Source of the DNA: Octopus vulgaris
Lineage: Eukaryota
Assembly: GCA_951406725.2 (NCBI GenBank)
Contig: OX597820.1
Coordinates: 67,332,001 to 67,396,000, forward strand
Reading direction: 5' to 3'
DNA length: 64,000 nt
Both the position numbers and the translations under genes were made by a program. Shown here piece by piece: positions 12,061 through 22,914 of the stretch. Under the pieces are notes generated by a model, which was given only the letters and a program-made list of their open reading frames with translations, did not search any database and had not been told where the DNA came from. Position 1 is the stretch's first letter, and every line of letters begins with the position of its first letter.

Positions 12061-12733
12061 TAGTTATAATCATATTTAGTGTCCAACATAAGAATGTTGT
12101 GTTGTATTGAGACATCATTGTTCCCTGATACTTAGTTGGATTCTTACAATCTTTGTGTGTGAAGACGCTTGTGAAGTGTTAAAGAAGGTCCTTGTTGCAA
12201 TCTAAGCTGCAGTTTTGTAGGTGTTTTAACAATCTCTTATGTCCGACTGTGAGCTGAAAAAGGGATCCTTGCCTTCTACTCCAATAGATGTGATAACACT
12301 TAAACTCCACGGGATAGGTATTTTCTAGTTTCGTTATGACAGTGTGTTGATGAGAACAGAAGCATTCAGAAGAAAGGTTTGCAGTGAGTTTCAGTCAGTT
12401 GGAAGCTAAGTGCATGGCAAATGAGGAAGTTTTCACAACAGATGTGCTGCCAACAGAGGACGTCCTTGCTGGAGGAATGGTAGAGTGGAAGATTCCAAGA
12501 AGTTATGACACTCTGGGCAAAGAATCAAAAGACTCTACAGTAGTTTTGTGAAGCAAAGGAGCACAAAGAATACAAAGGCATTGTTTGATTTTTTTAAAAT
12601 CTCAGTGGCAGTGCTAAAGCTCAAAAAACCTTCCGGTGGTGTTGGTAGAGGATGTGTTCTAGGTTTACTTGGCAGAGTTCTTTACCAGTGGAGCACAGCT
12701 GTATGTAAACCACATGATTTTCATGGAAGATGA

Positions 12734-15190
12734 CTAGAAGGATATTTTTGGTAAGTGAGTACGTTGGTGCTTATTTAAAGTAGCTTTAAACCAGAATCTT
12801 TTAGTACAGATATCGCAACGGCGTGGTTTCTCTCCTGTGTGAAAACGTCTATGAGAAGTTAAAATTATATTCGCAGAGAATGTTTTAGCACAGATATCAC
12901 ACTGATATGGCTTATCTCCAGTGTGAAGACGCTTGTGAAGTGTTAAATATTCGTTTCGAGAGAAATTCCTACCACACATGTCACAGTGGTATGGTTTCTC
13001 ACCTGTGAAAATACATTTGTGAACTATTAAATATCTCTTCAGTGCAAATACTTTACCACAGATATCACACTGATGCAGTTTCTCACCAGCATAAATATTC
13101 TTATGAGAAGTTAAATTTTCATTTACAGTGAGTTCTTTACCAAAGATATTAGACTGGTAGAGTTTCTCACCAGTATCAATATGTTTATTGTAAGCTAAAT
13201 CTCCACTCTGATACAATTCTTTGCCATAGCTATCATAGTGATATTGTTTTTCACCTGCATGAATACTTTGGTGATTGGTTAGAAGCTTGTTTTCAGAAAA
13301 TGTTTTACCACAGGTATCATACTCGTTTGGGTTCCACTCTGAATGAACACGTTTATGAGATGACAAACTTCCACTTATCAAGAATTTTTTACCACAGATA
13401 TCACAGTGGTATGGTTTCTCGCCTGTGTGAGTACGTTTATGAATAGTTAAGACCAAATTCTGCGTGAAAGTTTTACCACAAGTACTGCAACGGTGTGATT
13501 TGTCATTCTTGCGAATACATTTGTGATAATTTAATTCAGAATTCTCTGAGAATGTTTTCCCACATTTATCACAATGATATGCTTCCTCTCCGTTATGAAT
13601 ACGTTTGTGATGTGTCAAATATTCCTTCCGAGAGAATGTCTTAGAACAGACATCACAGCGGTATGGCTTCACACCAGTATGAATGTGTTTGTGCCGAACT
13701 AAATATCTCTTTCTGGCAAATAATTTATTACAGATGTCACACTGGTGAGCTTTCTCTGTGTGGATAAGTTTATGCGAAGTTAAATTTTCACTAACACTGA
13801 ATTTCTTAAAACAGACATCACACTGGTAAGGTTTCTCAACAGTGTGAATACGTCTGTGACGAGACAAATCTCCACTTACCGCAAACCTTTTACCACAGAT
13901 ATCACACTGGTATGGTTTCTCCCCCGTGTGAATATTTCGGTGATTACTTAAATGCCCACTCTGAGAGAATGTTTTATTACAGATATCACACTGATACGGT
14001 TTTTCGTTTGAATGAATACGCTTATGACAAGATAAATTTCCAGTTGTTGAGAATGTTTTACCGCATACATCGCAATGGTATGGTTTACTACCTGTGTGTA
14101 TACGTTTATGACAAGATAGATTTGCACTTCCAGAGAATCTTTTACCACAGATATCACATTCATATGGTTTTTCTCCTGTATGAGTACGTACATGACGTTT
14201 CAAGTAATCATTCCGAGAAAATGTTTTGCTACAGATAGCACAGTGGTATGGTTTTTCTCCCGTGTGAATCAGCTTATGGTAAGTTAAATATCCATTTTGA
14301 GAAAATGCTTTACCACAGACATCACAGTGGTACGGTTTCTCATCCATGTGAATACGTTTATGGATGGTTAATATTTTGCTTTTAGAAAACGTTTTCCCAC
14401 AGACATCACAATCATGGAGTTTTTCATCAACATGAAGGCGTTTATGGACAGTCAATGTTCTATTTGTAGTAAACGTCTTACCACAGATATCACAAAGGTA
14501 TGGCTTGTCATCAGTATGAATACGTTTATGAGCAGTTAATTTTCTAAGTACTTTGAAGGCCTTGCCGCAAACATCACAATGATAAGGTTTCTCATCTGAA
14601 TGAATACGTTTATGAGAAGATAAAGTTCCAATTGTTGAGAATATTTTACCACAGGTATCACATTGAAATGGTTTTTCTGCAATGTGAGTATGTTTGTGAC
14701 TAGTTAAATTAGCTATGTTTGAAAATGTTTTGTCACAGATATCACAGTGGTATACTTTCTCGTTTGTATGTGTACATTTATGACGAGCTAATTTTGAATT
14801 CTTAGAGAATATTTTACCACATATATCACATTGGCATGGTTTTTCTTTTAAGTGTGTATATTCGTGACGAGATAAGTTATTTTTCTGTGAGAAGGTCTTA
14901 GTACAGATACTACACTGATATGGTTTATCCCCTGTGTGAGTGAGTTTATGACGAGTCAATTTTGAACGGACTGTAAACACTTTACCACAGATATCACAGT
15001 GATATGTTTTTTTATCTGTGTGGATATATTTGTGATTAGTCAAACTTTCTATATCAGAGAATATAAGTAAACATACATCACAGGTGTAGAATTTCTTTGT
15101 GATATTCAATTGCATTTCATGGGATAAATCTTTACTCTCTGTTTTTATTTCAGTAGAAGGAACAAGATTTTCATGCAATGTCTCCTCCAT
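12734..15190 (-). CDS. Poly-C2H2 zinc-finger protein, 818 aa (ZNF paralogue 1); 28 finger repeats, about 23 intact
   Basis: Uninterrupted ORF of CxxC-x12-HxxxH repeats with TGEKPY linkers; start context aacaatATGG; leader homologous to the other two paralogues. Confidence 0.95.
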   Translation of the reverse strand: MEETLHENLVPSTEIKTESKDLSHEMQLNITKKFYTCDVCLLIFSDIESLTNHKYIHTDKKTYHCDICGKVFTVRSKLTRHKLTHTGDKPYQCSICTKTFSQKNNLSRHEYTHLKEKPCQCDICGKIFSKNSKLARHKCTHTNEKVYHCDICDKTFSNIANLTSHKHTHIAEKPFQCDTCGKIFSTIGTLSSHKRIHSDEKPYHCDVCGKAFKVLRKLTAHKRIHTDDKPYLCDICGKTFTTNRTLTVHKRLHVDEKLHDCDVCGKTFSKSKILTIHKRIHMDEKPYHCDVCGKAFSQNGYLTYHKLIHTGEKPYHCAICSKTFSRNDYLKRHVRTHTGEKPYECDICGKRFSGSANLSCHKRIHTGSKPYHCDVCGKTFSTTGNLSCHKRIHSNEKPYQCDICNKTFSQSGHLSNHRNIHTGEKPYQCDICGKRFAVSGDLSRHRRIHTVEKPYQCDVCFKKFSVSENLTSHKLIHTEKAHQCDICNKLFARKRYLVRHKHIHTGVKPYRCDVCSKTFSRKEYLTHHKRIHNGEEAYHCDKCGKTFSENSELNYHKCIRKNDKSHRCSTCGKTFTQNLVLTIHKRTHTGEKPYHCDICGKKFLISGSLSSHKRVHSEWNPNEYDTCGKTFSENKLLTNHQSIHAGEKQYHYDSYGKELYQSGDLAYNKHIDTGEKLYQSNIFGKELTVNENLTSHKNIYAGEKLHQCDICGKVFALKRYLIVHKCIFTGEKPYHCDMCGRNFSRNEYLTLHKRLHTGDKPYQCDICAKTFSANIILTSHRRFHTGEKPRRCDICTKRFWFKATLNKHQRTHLPKISF

Positions 15191-15349
15191 ATTGTTGTTA
15201 GTTGTTCGTTAAATACAAATATAATTCCTTTATAATTTCATAAATTACTTCAAGGTTATTATATAACTGAAGTTGTAGATCTTGACAATGTCATTGCTCA
15301 GTTCTTCGTATTCTTCATTGATTCCTTCATGTATCTTTGGTGAGAAATT

Positions 15350-15385
15350 CTGAAGCAATAAAACAAAATAATATAAACTTTAAGG
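15350..15385 (-). other. 3' splice acceptor of the ZNF1 coding exon (exon starts at 15349)
   Basis: Minus strand attattttgttttattgcttcag|AATTTCTCACCAAAGATAC; homology with the paralogues begins at this AG. Confidence 0.75.
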
Positions 15386-16182
15386 GACAAAGAAACAGGT
15401 TATTGAAGAAAATAGACTGGACAAGAGAAATTGAAGACTGAACCAGCAAGAAAATATTTACAGAGGAAGACAGGTACAAACACGGCTGGGAAATTAAGAA
15501 GCTTGCTTTCCAACCACATGGTTTTGGGTTCAGTTCCTCTACATGGCACCTTAGGTAAGTATCTTCTTCTATAGCCTGGGGCCAACTAAAACCTTATAAG
15601 TGGATGTAATAGAGAGAAATTTCTTAAGTACACAGTTATACTTGCGCCTATGATTTATGAGAAGGGTGGGGTGGCAATGTAGGTTCTTGTAGAGGATCTG
15701 CATTGCTATTCACCTCTAGCAGGGAATGGGAAAAGAAATAGAAAATGAACAGTAAGTGTTGCAAGAGAAAGCTAATGGTGATAAGGTACCTAGGTGGCCA
15801 CACAAGGCACAAAGATGATGATGTGTGGCAAAACATTTTCAAACATAGCTAATTTAACTAGTAACAAACAAGAGAAGGAGCAATTATCTCTCAGATATAG
15901 ATATTATTTTCAGGACAGTGGGACCAACAACTTGGTGAATATGCTGTTTTGACTGCCACTTTTTCATTACATCAAACCTGTTAACAATTTGCATCCTTCT
16001 TGAATGTTGGTACTAAACATAGTCAAACAGACAAAAGAGCTGACAAACTTGCTCAAGAGTAGATTGGTATGCCATGTATACAATACATCATGAAAACACA
16101 ATTCAGATAGAATGCTCACTGAAAACAATGATAAGGCAAGTCACAACTGATCATAGTGGTGTTCAGCTACAACTTACTGAAC

Positions 16183-16589
16183 CAGAGGCATAGCTAGAGT
16201 GTGTGCCATCCAGGAAAGCACTTGAGGTTGCACCTGGGCCCTCAAGCTCATACAGGCTTGTACAGTGGACCCAAAAGTACCTATTTCTTTATTACCCACA
16301 AGGGGCTAAACACAGAGGGGACAAACAAGGACAGACATAGGTATTAAGTCAACCTCAGTGCGTAACTGGTACTTAATTTATCGACCCCTAAAGGATGAAA
16401 GGCAAAGTCGACCTCGGCGGAATTTGAACTCACAACGTAACGGCAGACAAAATACCACTAAGCATTTCGCCCGGCGTGCTAATGTTTCTGCTAGCTCGCT
16501 GCCTTTGTAGTAATAATAATAATCTTTTTCTATCATAGCCTAAAGTACCACCCCAATGAAAGCATTACTCAACCCTCACTATACCACTG
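16183..16589. mobile_element. hAT-type MITE with a nested family C SINE (16285-16505, -)
   Basis: TIRs cagaggcatag / ctataccactg; 8 bp TSD tactgaac / ttctgaac. Confidence 0.65.
16285..16505 (-). mobile_element. tRNA-derived SINE family C (central domain resembles Meta/MESC-type SINEs)
   Basis: Minus strand ggcagcgagctagcagaa..gagttcaaattcc..ggtcgactttgcctttcatcc..ggtcgataaattaagtacc; other copies at 18495-18710, 21330-21770, 29126-29727, 30213-30480, 62645-62840. Confidence 0.75.
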
Positions 16590-16939
16590 TTCTGAACATG
16601 TGACAAACACAATGACATGTGCTGCAACTGCTGTCTAACATTTCATTTACTGATGAATAACAAGAGATAAGACACCCCCACCTCTGCCCACCAGCAACAT
16701 TCCCTTGCCTCCTCCACCCCTACCAGCTCCTGCAGACTCCTCAACCATGTCATTCCTCTCTCTTGCCCTTCCTGCCGACAACTGTATCATCTGCTGCTCC
16801 CATCCCACCTCTTTACAGCATCCCTCCAATTTCCCCACCAATTCATAGCTCCTTGCTCATCCACCCGTCTAACCTACCAATTCTCACAGTCTGCCTCCCC
16901 ATTCCCTCATTCTTCTTCCAATACAATCTTCCAAACCAA

Positions 16940-17985
16940 TTCTTCCACTCACTTTGTGCCTTGTGTGGCCACCTAGGCCCCTTATCACCATTAGCTTTCT
17001 CTTGCAGCACCTACTGTTCATTTTCCATTTCTCTTCCCATCCCCTTAGCAATGCAGATCCTCTACAAGAACCAACACTGCCACCCTACCCTCCTCATAAC
17101 TTAATCCTCTCATTCTTTAGCATGAAGCTGATCCACCACCACCACCACCTGGGTTTGTAATTCTGCAAGCTGCATGGTGACCTCAATAGTGCAGATGACA
17201 TAAAAAAAACCCCACTCAGCACACGCTGTGAAGGGGTTGACATCAGGAAGGGTATTCAGTCTTAGAAACCATGCCAAACCATGGAGCACAATGCAGTCCT
17301 TGGACACATTGGATCCTGTCAACCCATCTAACCCATGCCAGCATGGAACATGGACATTAAATGAAGATGATGATGATGATGGTGATGATGTACATATTCC
17401 ACTCAGTTTCAAGAAATAAAAATACATTTTCTTCAACAATGTGGTTAGAAACGTTAATAAAATGTCTTCTGAGATGATCTTCAACTTTTAGAATAGACAG
17501 ATGAGATAATATAAGGAAGAATTACAGAACAATCAGTAATCCTGCTGTGAGGAATTCAATTACAGTTCTCTCTCCTCTCATGTCATTTTTTTTTACAATA
17601 TCCTCAATGACCATGTTCAGTTTATACAGTAGTGTTCAATGACCAATATTCAGTATCCACAGGACATTCAATGATCACAGTCTGTAAGCACAATGTGGTC
17701 TGTATGCTTACAATATGCTGATCAGCCACATTATGGTCAATATCCAGTACCACTGGACTGGCTCCTGTGCAGGTGGCATATAAAAAACACCATTTGAGCG
17801 TGCCTGTTGCCAGTACCGCCTGACTGGTCCTCGTGCCAGTGGCATGTAAAAGCACCCACTACACTCTCGGAGTGGTTGGCGTTAGGATGGGCACCCAGCT
17901 AGCCATCTGGTTTGCCAGTCTTCAGTCAAATCATCCAACCCATGCTAGCATGGAAAGCGGATGTTAAACGATGATGATGATGATC
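16940..17985. mobile_element. Cluster of RTE-tail (family B) repeat fragments
   Basis: Two ggaagggcatcc-like..ggacattaa / ggatgttaa..(GAT)n tails ending at about 17390 and 17985. Confidence 0.65.
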
Positions 17986-19270
17986 TATAATGTACTCACT
18001 GTTAACAAAATGTTGAATGACCAGAGGGTGTATTCTCTACCCCAGTATGATCAATGAACACAGACCACAGAGTAGTCAAGGACCTAAATATCTGAAGGAA
18101 AAACTTAATTGTTAAACATCTAATAAAACTATACAGTAGTCTAACTCCATCTCACTGACAATCTATTGATCTGGAAATTCCTGTTCCTTACTTAGACACT
18201 GATTACAAAGAACTGACAGGATGGTAATGAAATATTTTGGTAAGGCATAAAACCCCACAGTAACTGTGACAGTATTACATGTTGCACCATCCGTGTCAAA
18301 AGTGTTAAGCATATCCTGTGACTCAGCTCCAAACAACACTGACAATACTCCAGAATACAGATATAAATAGTATCCTAACAATACCGATCTTCCAACTCAG
18401 TCCAGACAAACATAAAACCACACACATTAAAAATAGCAACAACCTCAATGATGCCAATATTCCAAAAACTGTGCTGGGATGCATAGCTCCAATAATCTTT
18501 TCTATTCTAGGCACAAGGCCTGAAATTTTTGGAGAGGGAGCCAGCCGATTAAATCAACTCCAGTACGCAACTGGTACTCGATTTATTGACCCTGAAAGGA
18601 TGAAAGGCAAAGTCAACCTCAGCAGAATTTGAACTCAGAACGTAAAGACAGACGAAATTCCGCTAAGCATTTTGCCCGGTGTGCTAACATTTCTCCCAGC
18701 TTGCTGCTTTGCATACCACAAATAATAAAGTGAAGACATGCAAGAGGTGCATTAAAAACAAGTTCAACTTCCTACCTCCATTATCCATAGAAAACAACAA
18801 GGCAGAAGAGAAAGTACATGTCCTAACTACAACACACAACCAACCTGTGAATGTCAGAATGGTTTTCAACAAGCTGGGAATATGGCATATTCAGAGATAC
18901 AGATCTGTGGATCACAAGTTGTCAAGTTAACTACTTATGTCAAAGGTCTTATTAATTAAGATTAGCTACACAGCAACAATTCCTGCACCTACCAAATTGG
19001 TGCCAAGCTTTCAGCAGTGACATAGATATAATGTGGGCCACCCAAGACAGCCCTTGTGTTTTCCACTCCTCCTTATCTCCAACCTCTATAAAGGCTTATA
19101 AAAGTGCCGCCCCTATAAAAGAAATGCCCAGGGGCAGATCTCCCACTGAGCTACACTACTGGCTTTCAGCATTCTTTAAAAGGATTATTACTACTACCTT
19201 CCTACCTGCCGTTCCTTAATCAAAACATCTCCATAAGTAGTAATGTTGCAGACAAAACCATAGTAAAAAA

Positions 19271-19673
19271 CGCAGGAGTGGCTGTGTGGTAAGTAGTTTG
19301 CTTACCAACCACATGGTTCCGGGTTCAGTCCCACTGCATGGCACCTTGGGCAAGTGTCTTCCACTATAGCCTTGGGCCAACCAAAGCCTTGTGAGTGGAT
19401 TTGGTAGATGGAAACTGAAAGAAGCCCGTCGTATATATGTATATATATATGTGTTTATATGTTTGTGTGTCTGTGTTTGTCCCGCCAACATCGCTTGACA
19501 ACTGATGCTGGTGTTTTTACGTCCCCGTAACTTAGCAGTTCGGCAAAAGTGACCGATAGAATAAGTACTAGGCTTACAAAGAATAAGTCCTGGGGTCGAT
19601 TTGCTCGACTAAAGGCGGTGCTCCAGCATGGCCACAGTCAAATGACTTAAACAAGTAAAAGAGTAAAGAGTAA
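19271..19673 (+). mobile_element. SINE family A, full length, young
   Basis: Nearly identical to 1612-2015 and 37372-37750. Confidence 0.85.
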
Positions 19674-19944
19674 ACCTTCTCAAATTCTTATTCGTCAACC
19701 TAAAAAAACTATCAGATCATGTTAACAAAGAAACTGTAATGCTGTTGCTCAAATTGCTAGAAATTGTACCAAAATTTCCCTCAAAACTCACCCAACTTTC
19801 TTTAAAAAAGGGATGATACATTGAATTAAGCAGTCGTTGATACACTATTCATGAAAACACGATGGGAGAGTCATGGCAGGAAAGATTTTGTTCATTGGTC
19901 TAATGGATGGCCAAGGATTGAACAACAGTTTTGTCAGATCACAA

Positions 19945-21090
19945 AGAAAGAGAGCAGGGAGAAGGAAGAAAAAGAGGAAGAGAGAGGAAGGAAGGAAGGA
20001 AGAGAAAGGGAAGGAAAGGAAGGAAGATAGAGAGAAGGAAGAAAAGAGCGAGGGGTTGGAAAGAAAGAAGGAAGATAGGGAGAGGGGAAAGAAGGGAAGG
20101 AAGGAAGGAAGGAAAGATGAGGGGTAGTAGGAAAGAAAGAAGGGAGGAAGAGAGGGAAAGAAGGAAGACAGAGAGAGAGGGGGAACGAAAGGAAGAAGGA
20201 AGAGAAAGAGAGAAAGAAAGAGAGAATGTCTTCCACTAAATTAAAACAGTTCCCACCTCCAGTGCTTACCAGATTCTTTAATCTTTCTCCCTAGAGACAG
20301 TAACAGGTGTAAATAATTACCTAACTTCTTAAATCTTTTATATGTCTTCTCAATAGCTGCTAAAACAGTTCTCATGGAGCCACATGTAACAGACATTTCC
20401 TCTCCTATGTAAGACATGCTGTTGCTCTTTACATTACCAAATCCTTCAAATCTGTTTGGCGTCAGAGCCTCAGAAGTTGTCTGCTTAAGATCTCTAATTA
20501 TCTCTCAACTCTTTACATCAGAAGTTTCCTGTCGAGCAGTTATACTGTAGTATGTTGTTGGAGCTCTTTCTAAAGCTATATTCCATCAAAACTAATAGAG
20601 AGCTCAAATTTGTTGTCCCAACAATAATGACATACAACTGGTTGCTTCTGATCAAACAGTCCTTCCTACACAGACGATATCACCCTTCATGCTTTGATCT
20701 TCTACACGCAAGTATCATTCGCATGCTATCAGCACAAACCAGGCTTGGACTGTGTGGCTCCATGGAATGAAATCATAAAAGAATCCTCCTCCTCCCAAGG
20801 AAGGAAGGATAGAGAAAAAGAGAAAAGGATGAAAGAAAGGATAAAAGAGAGAAAGAAAGGAAGAAAGGATAGAGAAAAAGAGAAAAGAAAGGCTAAAAGT
20901 GAGAATGAAAGAAAGAAAGAAAGAAAGAAGGGATAGAGAAAAAGAGAAAGGGAAATGATGAAAGAGAGAAAGACAGGATAAAAGAGAGTGAAAGAAAGAA
21001 AGGATAGAGAAAAAGAGAAAATGATAAAAGAAAAAAAGAAAGAGTGAGAGAGAAAGATAGAATGAGAACAAAAAAGAAAAGAAATGAAAA
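19945..21090. repeat. Two ~280 bp GA-rich low-complexity tracts flanking a CR1-like LINE fragment (20250-20790)
   Basis: Almost pure purine runs at 19945-20225 and 20798-21090; the intervening sequence has a degenerate VALDISKAFDRVW-like RT motif near 20420-20465. Confidence 0.7.
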
Positions 21091-22560
21091 AGCTTTTTTG
21101 GGGGGGGGGGTCAAACGTGCTTAATTTCATTCTGATCTCTCGTTTTCAGTCAGCGGAATATACTGTTACATCTACAAATAATTGTCTCTGCGTTTAGGGT
21201 GAGATCAAATTGTAATATGCAACGTCTTCAGCTAATGGTTTCACTCGTCACTTTGAACAGGTGCACCATTCTCTCTAATTAAGAAAACCGTTGACAGTGT
21301 TAGTTTTGACTACAAGAGTACATTACAAATAATTATAAGGCCGGCAATTCTGGAGGGGAAGATATTAATCAATTTAACTGACCCCAGCACTTGACCGGTT
21401 ACTTTACATACCCAAGAGAGATCGACTTCAGAGGGATGAAAGTAAATTTTATCTAATAATAATCCTTTCTACTATAGGCACGGGACTTGAAATTTTGAGG
21501 GGAGGAAATAATTTAAAGGATAACGTAAAGACGGACGAAATGCTGATAACGATTTTACTAGTTCGTCGCCCCGCGTTTACAAGGCGTGCAATTTCGCAGG
21601 AGGGCGTGAGTCAATTACATTAACCCACTACTGTCAAGTGGTGGAGTAGTTGAGTTGATGAAAAGCAAAATCGACTCTGCGAGATTAGAACTCAGAACGT
21701 AAAGAAGGACGAAATGCTGCCAAGCATTTTGCCGGACGCGCTAACGATTGTACCACCTCGCCGCTTTAGTTTACGTAGTAGTAATAATAATAATGATTAA
21801 CGTTAATAAAATATTTAAAATACATATTCTCACTTAACATTCGCTCAATTGATAGACATGTGACAGTGGCGTCGTTGGTTACAAGTCTCTAATGGGCCAA
21901 TCATTCGTTCACTACATTTCTGACGTCGTGCGAATCAATGTCTGCAACTCGGTGCAGAACAAATATCGCAGGAAACTTCATTCGACGAGCCACGTTTTTC
22001 TTTTTCTCGTCTATACTTAACATCTAGTGAACGGTATACGATATATAAATGATTTACGGTGGCCTTTATATAGTTTTTGTCATTTGCAACTCGAGGTTAA
22101 CACTTGCCCAATATGCCGCGCACTGGAAATCCCCCCTTGAACCATATGGATCGAAAGCAAACTGTTGTTTACATAATTAAGAAGGTAAATAGCTATAAGG
22201 GAAGATGGATCGGCTACATATATTATTGATGTTACAAAAAGAAAACAGAAAACAAAAGAAATCATAGAAATAAGTTGTTTTTTTTAAATAACTTTTTTTT
22301 GGCAATTTGATAATTACGATTTTTTTCTTTTCTTTTTTTTTTTCTTTTTCAGAACAGAAATATAAAAAAGGTGCAAGATAAAATAAAATGCAGAAAGCAG
22401 GTTATTAATGAACACTGGATGTAAATATCATTAGAAGAATTTCTTCGAAAATATCTTTGATTAATAAAAAATAACAACACAAATAGCTATTTCATACAAT
22501 TATGCATATTTTTTATCCATCGCACATAAAATTGTTTATCAGTAGAGACATATTAGAAGA

Positions 22561-22914
22561 ACTTACTGTTTTCTTATATATTTCTTCATCATTTGGTGCA
22601 GTCAGATGTAGAAATGTGAGAACATTATTAACAGACAACACAAAACATTAACTGATAGCAGAGAACAAACTAAGTCATTTACGTAAAACAATGGCAAAAA
22701 TAGCGAATGAGCAAACCAGTGGCGGTCTGCACGAGCAATTATGATACTCTGGGAAAAATTATTTCGCTCTATCGGATGGAGAGATTCCTCAGAAATATTA
22801 GATTTCTTTTCTCCAAACAGCAAAGAACTTAAAACCAACACAAAGACATTAGTGATACATTTCATTATAGACATAACTAATCCACCAAACCGGCAGCCAT
22901 TGTTTCGTAGCTGA
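22561..22914 (-). promoter_or_regulatory. Putative non-coding first exon of ZNF1 with TCAGCTACGAAA motif (22903-22914) and GTAAGT donor (22561-22566)
   Basis: Reverse complement aligns with 34150-34327 and 50456-50654 (gaagaaa..agaaaacagtaagtt). Confidence 0.7.

Noticed and set aside
13912-14238. Antisense and alternate-frame ORFs over the ZNF genes (also 39582-40037, 56517-56876)
   Set aside because: Shadow ORFs produced by the periodic finger codons; no independent support.
19873-21130. Multiple 70-130 aa K/E/R-rich or F/L/S-rich ORFs
   Set aside because: Translations of GA/TC low-complexity tracts.
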